A stretch of 63,426 nucleotides of DNA, the filler included, from Globobulimina sp. (lineage: Eukaryota): the NCBI GenBank assembly GCA_003354225.1. It is 27 parts of 27 records of this genome, joined end to end, with 100 filler letters (N's around TTAATTAATTAA, not from the genome) between each part and the next. Parts side by side here need not be neighbours in the genome. Positions count along the whole stretch, not along the records: positions 23,542 to 25,794 come from PIVH01007865.1; positions 25,895 to 28,147 come from PIVH01007866.1; positions 28,248 to 30,500 come from PIVH01007867.1; positions 30,601 to 32,853 come from PIVH01007868.1; positions 32,954 to 35,206 come from PIVH01007869.1; 22 more parts are not named here. One strand, 5' to 3'. The notes beneath the pieces are model-generated. The model was not told the DNA's origin and did no database searches. It saw only the letters and a program-made list of their open reading frames with translations. Both the position numbers and the translations under genes were made by a program. Below, in pieces: positions 23,542-35,306 of the stretch; the first letter of the stretch is position 1, and every line of letters starts with the position of its first letter.

Positions 23542-25682
23542 AGATTTTTGTAAAATATCCGTGTTGGCAATCCAGGCCCATATAAAAACTGACGAGTTAA
23601 CTTTCTCAATGCTCCATTGTAAACAATCACTTTTTCGTCATATTGATGGTCATCATTTCCATTTATTTTTAAAATAGCAATTTCTGCATCAAATTCTCGT
23701 GCTGCATCGCCATAAATATCTACATTCGTTCTACAAATCAAATAAAATGCAAATAATAAATACTTTCCTCATTTTAAATTATTTGCATTTTACCTAAATT
23801 GATTTTTAATATTATCGCCAACCAAAGAACAGTTCCAATCATTTATTAAAGTCTCAATGCCAGCAATATAATCGTCACTTATTGCATTGTATAAATTCGT
23901 TGTGTTCCATGGTAAGATATCATCATTGGCCAAATGAAAAGCCATAGCACCTAACCATTGAGAAATAACTACTGCAATGTCCCTATTCTCGTCAATAATG
24001 TCCATAAAATAAAATGAATCGTACACAGTATGATAACAACCGGCCATTCCACCAAAACCAAAATTAGCCGATATCCCCAACGAATGAACAAATGCCGTAT
24101 AATCACTGCCATATCCCAATGGATCCACATATTCTGTGTTTGGATTGTTCTCCTTCCATTTATCCAGCACTGTAACACCCGAATCATCGTAAGGTTGTTT
24201 GAATCGGTCCGCATATTCCATTTGAAACGGCGCAAACAACGGATCACTGCTCATCGACGGATTGTGCCCTGATCAACATACAACACTCAATAAATGGACC
24301 ATACCATTATAATTATCAATATTCAAATAAGCCACAACTTGATGCGATATCCAGTCAGCTCGGTCTTCGACAAAAGTGGTCGAACCAACCACGGATAGTT
24401 CCTCCGCATCCCACGAACCGATATAAATATTCCTTTTTGGGCTCCAGCCGGAATCAACGATCCGTTTGAAAGCTTGAGCTATTTCTAAAATGATTGTTGT
24501 CCCACTCACTGGGTCAGATCCGCCATATATCCACGCATCGCGGTGATTGCCTATAAAGATAGACTCATTGGCATATTTATACCCTTTCATATGCGAGATA
24601 ACATGCGTAATATTACCACTTTCAGGCTCTCCTAAAAGCGTTTCAACGTTCATATTAATGATAACCTGCTCTGACTGCGCAGCATCGCCAGCAACCCCGA
24701 AATATGTTGCCATCATTCACATTGTTGCCATGCATTAATGTCATGAGTCTGTGAGCATTATCATAAGAGATGGGGATACCTGGTATTTGCGGCAAGAACT
24801 CTTCTTGTGTAATATTGCATTTTTCCAACAATTAATCGGTCCGCTTCGACCGCACCAACACATTTCACAGTGGACGCAGATGAGCCACGTTGATATCCCG
24901 TATTCGGCAGACCCGGACCATCGGGATACGGCAAGCCGATGTTATATAAATAATCGTTGGGATCGCCAAATAGTAAAACACCTTTCAAGCCAAATAATTG
25001 CGCAAATCTAACTCTATTATGTCTGGATAAGCCGCCGCCATATTTTATAATGCCAATGTATTGATGTTGTGTGAAATTAAAAGCCAACTCGTTTTCAAGT
25101 AGTTTGTAGTCTGCGCGACTCCCATAATTTTAATAAATCAAGTTTGCAGTCACTGTGCCGCTTTTGCCCCAACCCATCCATCCATGCTTTGTGTCTTTCC
25201 GCTGTGTCGCTCGTCATATCTTCGTCGATAATATCCTCACTTAAATTGAATGCATAGATGGTATTCGAAGGGAAGTTGGTAGAATTTACTAAGTTAAGTG
25301 ATGACGAAACGTAATGAGATAATGTGACTGAATAATTATAATATTCACAGTGAAATCCATATTGGGTCATTTTATTACATATATCTTGAGCATAAATATA
25401 GTTTTGTTCACTGCCCCATTTATGTGGATATTCGCTGAATGATTTGGAATTCGCTTTAGCTGCATTGCGTGATGGTGATTGCAAAAATATTTCTTCATAA
25501 TTTGTGTGTGTTGAATCATCAGATTCAGTCAATACAACTGCTAAAATGATAATGGTTGTAATTATAATCAATCCAACAATACCAAAGAGAATCCGTTTTC
25601 GTTTGGATACTGCTTTTTTGTTTGTAGTATCTTCTTCAATTAATAATGCGTCCATTTCGTAGTCGTCTGTTGTAGTTGCCAT
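23542..25682 (-). pseudogene. Glutamate carboxypeptidase II-like (M28B, PA domain) type II membrane peptidase, disrupted
   Basis: N-terminal TM, GNHRDAW, DPVSGT, SWDAEE, YLNID, GSDYTAF, YHTVYD; GATG duplication near 25180, in-frame TAA near 25132, further frameshifts near 24830 and 24710; genuine introns near 24269-24304 and 23731-23793. Confidence 0.8.
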
Positions 25683-25894
25683 GTTTCAGTGTAGAATCAA
25701 TAAGCAAGTCAAGTGTAAGCTGAACTCCGTTCAGACGATGTAACGTACTTATGACTAAGATAAAAATTAAACATACAAAAACTGTACATGACAANNNNNN
25801 NNNNNNNNNNNNNNNNNNNNNNNNNNNNNNNNNNNNNNTTAATTAATTAANNNNNNNNNNNNNNNNNNNNNNNNNNNNNNNNNNNNNNNNNNNN

Positions 25895-26983
25895 AGGTAC
25901 TTGCTGTGGTAATGTATCCCAATCTATACCTTTGAAAAACTGATGATTTTTCAATTCATTAATATCCTTTGCACCAATTCTGTTCATTGCTTCTTCATTC
26001 AACAACTTTGATAATAAATCCGCAAATATTTGATTTTTTATAGCAGTTAGCGTAAAATTCATTGTTTTCACTTCTTTAAACACTAAAAATTCCGTTGCTG
26101 CATTGAATAATAAATTAGCAGTCCTTAATTGATACAGACAACATCCTAAAGACCATAAATCCAAACATTTATAATATTCATCTTTTAATCGACCGTCTTC
26201 CTCATTAAAATATTCTGCATTCTCTTTCTCTTTCTCTTCATCCTCATTATCATCCTCATCATTGCCATCACCGTCAGACCCCTCCAATATTTGTTGCGGA
26301 GATTTGTTTAACAGCGATCTGGGAATTGTGATCAATTCAGGTGCCATGAACTGTGGCGTACCAACAAAATCTGGATCAGATTTAGTGTCTGGTTCGGATT
26401 TCGGTTTTATTAGTTTAACGCAACCGAAATCACACAAAATTGGTTGATTTAAATCATTTAACATTATATTTTCAGGCTTGACGTCTCGGTGCAATATGCC
26501 CAATTTATGTATTTCCTCCAATGCATAAATTATTGCTGCAGCATAATATTGTATTGCTTCCAACGAAAATGCACCATTTTGCTTTAAACATTGTAATAAA
26601 TCGCCATTACTGCATAATTCTGTGATGAATGCAATGTTTCTGTCATTTTTTGCTGTTGCATATAATTGCAGGACAAATGGTATATTCCTGCATTCATACA
26701 ATGCCCTTTTCTCCCGTAATACTGCGCCAATAAATTGCGTGGCTTGGCGATTGATTGTAAGTGAACGTCTATCTATTAATTTGCATGCAAAATATGTTCC
26801 AAATTCATGCAAAGGATGTTGTGCGGACATTCTTTTTTTTAGTGATCCTCTGAACACTTCGCTAAATGATCCATCTCCTAATTTGTTACCAAGTTCAAAG
26901 TCACCAATATCTAATCTCAGTTCCTTTCGCTTCTCTGTTGATGGTTTGCTCGCAGAGGTCTTCTGTGTTTTTGGCTGTGCCAT
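25895..26983 (-). CDS. AGC kinase, PDK1-like, 3'-partial
   Basis: LGDGSFSEV, HRDVKPEN, DFG, FVGTPQFMAPE, DLWSLGC.LYQ, F.A..EFLVF..V, ELKNHQFFKGIDW. Confidence 0.85.
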
Positions 26984-27029
26984 GGTTTGAAAAACTTAAA
27001 CTAAAACTCTTTAGCTTTGAAGTTTGAAC

Positions 27030-28147
27030 ATGGGCAACGCTCCTTTATGGGTATCAGTGATAGGAACAGCACTCGGATTGGGAGTAGTTCATGTGATGAC
27101 AGGCCCAGATCATTTAAGCGCATTGTCCACACTGTCTGTGGGTAAACCATTAAAAACCGCATTTGGACTCGGTGTTCGATGGGGTTGCGGACATTCTTTT
27201 GGTTTATTAATTGTAGCGATCATATTTTTTGCCGTGGGGCAACATGTTAATTTATCAGTGTTATCCTATTGGGCAGATTTATTTGTCGGTATTTTCATGG
27301 TATTATTAGGCGTATGGTATATTTTAAAAGCTTTTAGGGAAAGACAGAAATATCTGCAGAAAAAAGAAGAACAAGAAGTTGTTGATTTGTTACAAAAGCA
27401 ATCGCATAATGTAGTAAACAATGACAATGACAATGACCATAATAATCACAATGATGGCTACGATATGTCGCCTATCAATGTAGATATAGGCAATGATGAT
27501 ATAGATATAGACAATGATAATATTAATATGCCAGAAGAACAGATAGAATTACAACAAATTCCTGATAATAACAGCAGTGATGACCCCGATAATGAGCCAT
27601 CTCTCGACAAAGACCTTCAAAGTTAACAATATTTGCGATTTTGCGACTTGTATTTTAATGCATTTTGTATAATAAACAGTGGAAGAAGTAGAGCACGATG
27701 ACATTGAATGGTATGTATTATATTTGTATCGATATATTGATCATTATCATATGATATATATATAATATATAGTTCATCGAATAATGATCATCCATTTAAT
27801 TGTTATACAATAAATAGTGAACAGCATCAATTGAAGTCATACCAGAACGGATTAAGGAGAGAGCAAAGGGTGAATGAGAAGGAGAAGGAGAGAGATGATG
27901 ATATCATACCCGATGACGACATGATTATGGATCCGAATGATTCATTGAATCCATTGTTTGATCCAAAGGAAGACTCAAAAAGAACGAAATGTATCACCCG
28001 CGTCGCAGCCTTTGTGGCGGGGATATTTCATGGCGTGGCTGGTCCCGGCGGTGTGTTGGGTGTTATGGTTGCATTGAAATTGAATGATTGGTTCTTGTCA
28101 TCATTGTACTTGCTATTATTTTTTGTGTCATCCATCGTAACTATGGG
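27030..28147 (+). CDS. Nickel/cobalt transporter-like (UreH/HoxN/DsbD_2 type) membrane protein, multi-exon, 3'-partial
   Basis: HVMTGPDHLSAL, GVRWGCGHS and GIFHGVAGPGG motifs with an acidic/His-containing loop. Confidence 0.8.
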
Positions 28148-28399
28148 NNNNNNNNNNNNNNNNNNNNNNNNNNNNNNNNNNNNNNNNNNNNTTAATTAAT
28201 TAANNNNNNNNNNNNNNNNNNNNNNNNNNNNNNNNNNNNNNNNNNNNTATCTTTAACTTGTTTCGCCACATTGCTTTCCGTGATTCTAATCTAAAATTTC
28301 TTGCTTAACTTCGGTGGTTACATTTTATATTTCCACAGAAGATAATTTTAAGAATTTTATCCGACGTGCTGCGCCCTAAAAAAAACTATTTATATTATT

Positions 28400-29890
28400 T
28401 CATGGCACAACAAATGTGGTATAGACAATATTTGTATTTGTGGGTCTGGCATTGCTCGACTCTTCGGCAAATAGCAAGGTGTTTGTTCCTCGATTGGGCG
28501 TGAAATAGTCATCCGGAATGAAATAATATTGCTGGATCATCCTGCTCGAAATAACCACATTATTATAATGCCCCATATCCATGCCATTAAACCAAAAATG
28601 TCCGCGTTTCATGCCACTGCCACTCGAACCGATATCCACCACCATGGCTCCATTGGCATTCCCCACTTGTGTCGGCGTCGCAAAACTCGTCTTAAACCAC
28701 GTCAATCCTTTGGTGGTATCGGCAGGCGACTTCCATGACACTTTGTTAGCTCCGGAACCGGCAATATCCAACACGTCGCCGGTCCGTCCAATCCAATGAT
28801 TCCAGTTGGCATTGGTCACTGTGATGCCGCCGACACTCACTGCGCCCACAACGCCTTTCATATCCTGCGACGACGCGCCCTTTTGCACCGCAATGCTGTT
28901 CTCGATGCCCAACGAGCCAGACACGATGGTCAACGTATGTTTTCCCGCCGCGATGGCCGCACTCGCCGTGACTGTATACTGCTTATTCCCCGCAGCATGC
29001 GTCCCGTCCCAGGCGTCCCCGACAAAACCACTGTCAATATAAACCAAATACGTGTTGGCCTGTCGTCCATTGATGACAATCTTGCCATTACTGATCGAGT
29101 TTGCTGTGGTAAACGTCGTTTCATAGAAAAGATACTCGCTCGAACCGTTTGCAAACCGTATCTGTTCCAACGGCGTCTGATTCGCTGTTGCTTTATCCGC
29201 TCGTTTGTCCACATTGGCTGACAACGGCACCGCCTCCGAAAAGGAGCTAAACTGCAAATCGCGCGAACCGCTATTAACAGTGGAATAGGTTCTCTTGTCG
29301 CCAAGCCCGCCGTGTTGACTTTGGATGTGTCGAATAATAAATTATTGCCGTTGTCCACAATCGAGACAGAATTGCCCGCCAAAGTGAAGTGTTTCGCTTT
29401 CCAGTTGACAGAAACCGCAGAACCCGCAGTATTGCACAGAAACGAAACATTGGCGCTCTTGGTCGTACTGCGATATTGATAGGCAAAGTGTAGATTTCCA
29501 AGAAATAGACACTATAAGAAGTAATTGGCATCCATGATGTCGTCAGACAGTCAGACATGCAGACACACCCACCACGCTCACACGCTCACACGCTCACACG
29601 TCTGTGCATAGCCGATGCAGTTGGCCCATATTCAATTTGGTGACCAGTTGGCCGCACCAACTGATGTAGGCACTGTCCGATGTGCCTCCGGCGTGATACT
29701 CATTTTCAATCTGCGCCAAGATGATGGGGCCGCCATTTTTGGCCAGATACGGTTGGGCGACGTTGGCGATCTCTTCCACGAATGTTTGCATATAATTTTC
29801 CCACTGTTTGCCTTTTTATGTATAACAAATTGTAGAAAAGAGTGCAGCTGAACTTGTGAGTTGCCATCGCGGAATGATATGCCATACGAA
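28400..29890 (-). pseudogene. Beta-galactosidase (GH35) with internal deletion and frameshift
   Basis: GGPIILAQIENEY, SEYLFYET, LTWFKTSF.TP, MKRGHFWFNG..MGHY, QQYYFIP; second half of the catalytic barrel is absent; 1-nt frameshift near 29295. Confidence 0.75.
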
Positions 29891-30020
29891 CTGCACTCAG
29901 GTTTGAAAAGATCTGGTTATCAAACCTTTCAATCTTCTCAAGCTTTTTATGATCTTATCAAACATGTAAAATTCAGATCGTATCAAACTTTTTCCATTGT
30001 GATATTGTGTGTTTGAGTTT

Positions 30021-30089
30021 GTCACACGCCAGGATTTGAACCTGGATTCCTGCATAAAAGCAGTGCTCTTCTAATTGAGCTACGTGAGA
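30021..30089 (-). pseudogene. tRNA-like element (pseudo-tRNA or SINE head)
   Basis: Minus strand reads TCTCACG TA GCTC AATTAGAA GAGC A CTGC TTTTAT GCAG GAAT CCAGG TTCAAAT CCTGG CGTGTGA: acceptor, D and T arms fold, anticodon arm is short. Confidence 0.7.
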
Positions 30090-30600
30090 TTTATACACCA
30101 GAAAATCGCCAACAACAAATTGCAAAGCTGCCGTTGATAATAACGGCACTCTTTTCTTATATTTAGCGGCGAAGAGACGCGGCTCAATTAAATATAATGA
30201 AACTAACGACTTAAGACCTGTTCGACAGGATTGTAAAAAACATTGAAAAACTCTGTCAAACTGAATGAAAATTCAGTACATATCGGAGACCCCTAATTAT
30301 ATTATTTATTTTTTTCCCTTCTTACAAGATATTTAATGTTTTACGCAATTTTAAAAATATACAAATTTACATTATCTCCCAGGAAGGAAAATAGGTTAAA
30401 AATGTAATGTTAAAAGAGCCGCCCATCTAGTGAATTGATTGGATTCTTAGTGAACATTTTAAGGTTTTCATATAATGTTAAAAACGAAAACTTTACTTTA
30501 NNNNNNNNNNNNNNNNNNNNNNNNNNNNNNNNNNNNNNNNNNNNTTAATTAATTAANNNNNNNNNNNNNNNNNNNNNNNNNNNNNNNNNNNNNNNNNNNN

Positions 30601-32769
30601 CATTGTCGATCCATAGTAACCACACTGCCGTCGATAGTATACCATTCATTGCAATTAAATGGCTCAAATTCATCCCAATGAAGACATCGTAAATCAAATT
30701 GCGTTTCATCGGATGTAAAATGTGAATGGATGACCCAATATCTCCAGGTCGCATCATAATACATATAGCTCGTCACAGTATTTGCAAACTCTTGGTACCA
30801 ATACACGCGGCCACCATAATATCCACGCGTCTCTAATTTCCATTTGCCACTATATTTATGCGTTAATGGATCACTATTGGCACTAGAATAAAAGCATAGG
30901 GTTACATCATCTGAATAATTGGGTGCGATATTATCCACAGCTTGCGTCATACAGTCCGCTTCGTTATTGGTTAATATAGTTTTTACTTTGGCATTACAAT
31001 TAATTTCATCCTGTAAACCTTGATAAAATTCCCAACAGGCACTACATTGGTCGGCTGTATCGACATCGTCTCTGCAAATTGCACCAAAGGTACTGGTAAA
31101 GGTTATTTGTGGGATTTCCTCATTAATGATGAAGGCGTCCTTCTCTTCATACCACAGAATATACCAATCCTTGGAATTCATATTTGCGGATAGTCTTTGA
31201 TTTCGATAAATAAATCGTTGATCATACGTAGTCGAATTATCTAATACATAAACTCCGTAATAACCTAAAACAAAAACAAAAATTTGTATCATAAATTACG
31301 TATAAAAACCTAAGAGAACACTACAAAACTTTGATAGAGGGAGTATTTATAAGTGTCATCCATAAAACAGAGATATTTTGGATATGAAATGGGTGTGGGA
31401 CTGGCAGTGGACACAAGAGGATGATTACATTCATCCACATCCATTAATGGATCATTATACCATTGATACGCATTGGTCACCGGATTGTGTACCACCACAT
31501 ACCAATTCGCATTACAATCCCACGGCGATAAGGCCAACTCCGCACTGGGTTGGCTTTCGGAGATGGGACAAAAGGCGTACACCCCACCATTGGCAGCATA
31601 TGAAAAGACAAAGGAATAACCAGACGCAAAGGACTTATTCACATATTGTATACTTAGAAATGCGTCATATAACGTTTCATCGCTTAACCACACCGCTGTT
31701 GCATCATGAACTTGCCGATATCGACCGGCAAAAAACTCATCGAAAAACATGGAGCCACTATCTACACAGACATAGGTATCACCCAAATCACATACGCCAT
31801 CCGTGGATCGTAAATGAGCGATTGGTGCGCCATTTCTATACCAAGCAGGTCCACATTGTGTGGGATCATCAATATCCGGAGCTAAACATTCGGCAATTAC
31901 GCTTGTATCATCATTGTAATTGGTTCCGATTACCCATCTCCAATGGTCCACACTTAGCCAGATGTAATAATCCGCCCAGACGCTGTTCATACCCTCTTTG
32001 AACCAAACTGGATGATCATTCATGAATATATCCGCTATTATATTATTTATATACATTGTTTGTACAAAAGACAAAGTTAACAAACTGTTTATGCGGACAC
32101 AAACTTACCTTGTTTTTGGAATTCGCCGTCTAATTCGACATCACTACCAATGAGACTGTCATCCACCACACAGATTATTGGTGAAGATGTTGTGTTAAAG
32201 CAATCCAACGACACAAATACATCTTCTTTGCTGGTGCCGGTTATATTTAATATATTTAATATATTTGCAGCGGAACTCTGTGATATCATTCTGGTTGGAA
32301 TGGTTGGAGAGGCTAATGATGCATCACCGGGTAAAGGATAAACATTAAAAAGATCGGCGTTATTGGAGATTAACAGTGCTTGTATATTTGTATTATAAGT
32401 TTGTAGGTTTAAAGTCCATTGTTGTGGGCTACAAACACCAGCAAAATGTGAACTATATTCTAACATTACAATGGCATTGTCATAATAGGAGGGGATGGTC
32501 GTCCATGTCGAAATATCACATGGATTATTACTTGTATCGCTCATTAATTCATTTTCTGCAAAACTAACTAATTTACGGCGTGGTACAGTTTGCGTATAGG
32601 TGTATGGTGCATAATTTACTCGTTCAGATGTTATCGTTTTAGAGATGGTGCTTAATGCTGATTCCACATAAATATATGCATAATTTGCACTGCATCCAGG
32701 TTCAGCTACTTGCGACTGAGAAAAGGCTATTGAAACTAAGAAAGTTAAAGACCACCAAACAGTTGCCAT
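30601..32769 (-). CDS. Secreted PA-domain-like protein with tandem Cys/Trp-rich modules, multi-exon, 3'-partial
   Basis: Signal peptide; PC..AIVML...CS.QQW..NLQ...ALLISN...TIPTRMIS (PA-like); repeated G.Y...W...RWVI...A.C...P..C...W units; short introns between ORFs. Confidence 0.65.
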
Positions 32770-32953
32770 GGCGTTTTGTTTTCGGGGTTAGTTGAGGTGT
32801 TGTTTAATGTTGATTGTTGTTTTTTAGTTTTTAGTTTTTTATTTTTAGATCGGNNNNNNNNNNNNNNNNNNNNNNNNNNNNNNNNNNNNNNNNNNNNTTA
32901 ATTAATTAANNNNNNNNNNNNNNNNNNNNNNNNNNNNNNNNNNNNNNNNNNNN

Positions 32954-33320
32954 TTTCTATAGATTTCTATAGGTTTTCTATAAGTTTGGTATATGTTTCT
33001 ACAGGTTTTATATAGGTTTCTATAGGTTTTGATATGTTTCTATAGGTTTTCTATAGTTTTTCAATAGGTTTTGTTAGGTTTCCACATGTTTTCTACTATA
33101 GGTTTTGATATGCTTCTATATGTTTTTCTATAGGTTTTGATAGGTTTCCACATGTTTTCTATAGGTTTTGATATGCTTCTATAGGTTTTCTATATGTTTT
33201 GATAGGTTTCTACAGGTTTCATATATATTTTGATAGGTTTTTCTACATCTTTTCTAAAGGTTTTGATAGGTCTCTACATGTTTTCTATAGGGTTTGATAT
33301 ACTTCTATAGGTTTTATATG
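32954..33320. repeat. Degenerate short-unit tandem repeat
   Basis: Reiterated TTTCTATAGGTTTT(GA) variants. Confidence 0.9.
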
Positions 33321-33699
33321 GTTATTAAAAAACATTAATCTTTGGTTATGGTAGGCCAGTGAGACTTATTTTCGTTGGCCTACTCGAAAACTCAAATCTT
33401 TGTATTCTTCATGTGAGAAGATGAGTCGCCATAAAAACAAATAGTCTGCAATTAGTGCATCAGATCAGAGATGAAAGATTTTAATTTAGGAATATTTAGA
33501 ATTTTAAAATATTTTGTACTATTATTAATGTTATAATAGTAATAAAAATATCGAATGTTTATAACACACATCTAAATACAAAGTAGGCCATACACATCAC
33601 AAAGTGCTCTGTAATTGTGAATCATGTGATGCATAAACCAATTTCCCTGTCTTCCATAACAATCACCAAACATTGAAAACCAATCTAGCTGTGCGCTCC

Positions 33700-34545
33700 A
33701 TCTGCTCCAGAACTAATAATACTAAAATTTGCTAATAATGCATCGCATTATTTCACTTCCAACGTATTCCTGGGATGATAGAAAGAAGATTCTGCAAAAT
33801 ACTAAATCGATCAAGTATACAGAAACATATCGGGATCTTACTGTTGGCATGATACAAGCAAAACATGTCTCTGCGATAATCAATGGATCGCCAAAAGAAA
33901 TATCGGTTGCTTTGGAAAATATTAGAAACCCAGACCTTTTGAATGAACTGGAGCATAAAGGTACATACTCTATTTGTTCACAGAAACGTTAAGTTATATG
34001 TTTTTAAGAAATAGTTGAAAAATCGTATTTGGAGGAAAAATCGTCAATCGTAGATGCTAACTGCAAAGTCACATTGGGGAATATCGGACTGTACGTCCAT
34101 TCCGAACCTGGTTGTGGATTCATTGGATCCTCTCCAACAAAACTTGGTTGGATCAAACAATTGGTTTCACCCTCTGGATTGCCCAATCTAATATCCGATC
34201 AATGTTTCAGTTTTGTAGCAAAAGTGGGAAACGAAAGTGATCTTTTATATTTCTAAATAAATAATATTCTAGATTGTAGACAAACTGCCTGACAAACTCA
34301 GCGAATCTGAGAAAACCGAAGTACTGGCTTTGCTAGGTGTAAGTGAAAAATTGAAGCTCCAAACAGCACCAAGTCTTTACAGTTATAAATTTTCATTTCA
34401 GATCACTTATTTGACGAATTGTGATGTTTATTTCTACTGTACCGCCACCGCCAAAGGAAAAATATTCACTGTAGAGTATGATAAACCCAAATTTGATCAA
34501 ATCTTGACAAAACTAAAAGAATTTTATATCGCAAATATGGCTTAA
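33700..34545 (+). CDS. Divergent YqaJ/lambda-exonuclease-like domain protein, split over three segments
   Basis: ILQNT.....Y.....GMIQAKHV; E..EKSYL...IGLYVH.....FIGSSPTKL; YSYKFSFQ..YLTNCD.YFY......IFTVEYD..KFDQILTKLKEFY follow YqaJ motif order. Confidence 0.5.
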
Positions 34546-35306
34546 TAATTTGTTCTTAGTATGGACAAATTGAATTCATAAATTCTTAAATGTTTGTTAG
34601 CAGCACTTGATTACTATTGACAATAAATGAATAAATGTTAAAAATAACATTCAAACAAACAAAAGTATAACCTCCAAACTTTCAAGTTTTGCAGCGTAAA
34701 ATTCAAGTTCAAATCCTACATAAATTCTTAAATGTTTGTCGATAATTGTGCTTTTCATTATACTAGCATGTTTGCGAAAACTTTCAATATGTCAGTCCAG
34801 ATAGATATGATGTTTATAGCATTGCGCTTGCCAATAGATTTGGGGTTATTCAAATAATAGCTATATACGCCATACGTATACATATGTTTTCGAAAATGGA
34901 TCAAATTGTAATACAATATATGGACAGGTAAATACTTGTACTTGTACTGCGCCCCAGCCAACAGATTTGTGATTATTGCCATTAAATCTGACTAAAAGCT
35001 TGGACAAGTCAGCTAGTGTCGTTTGGTGTTAAAGCATAATCCGAAAACTATGCCAAGTTACAGTGAAATGCATATATATTCTGATCACAATGTCTGGTTT
35101 TGCGTGACTGATCACAATTTGTATAGCGGGTATTTAGATGCCCCCATTTCAGTTTGTGTGTCTATACCCCACTACTTCTCTCTCCACATTTGCCAATCGG
35201 ATTAACNNNNNNNNNNNNNNNNNNNNNNNNNNNNNNNNNNNNNNNNNNNNTTAATTAATTAANNNNNNNNNNNNNNNNNNNNNNNNNNNNNNNNNNNNNN
35301 NNNNNN

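Noticed and set aside
25125-25140. Stop-codon reassignment (in-frame TAA in the M28 gene)
   Set aside because: The same gene also has frameshifts, and intact genes in the window end at TAA, TAG or TGA with no internal stops.
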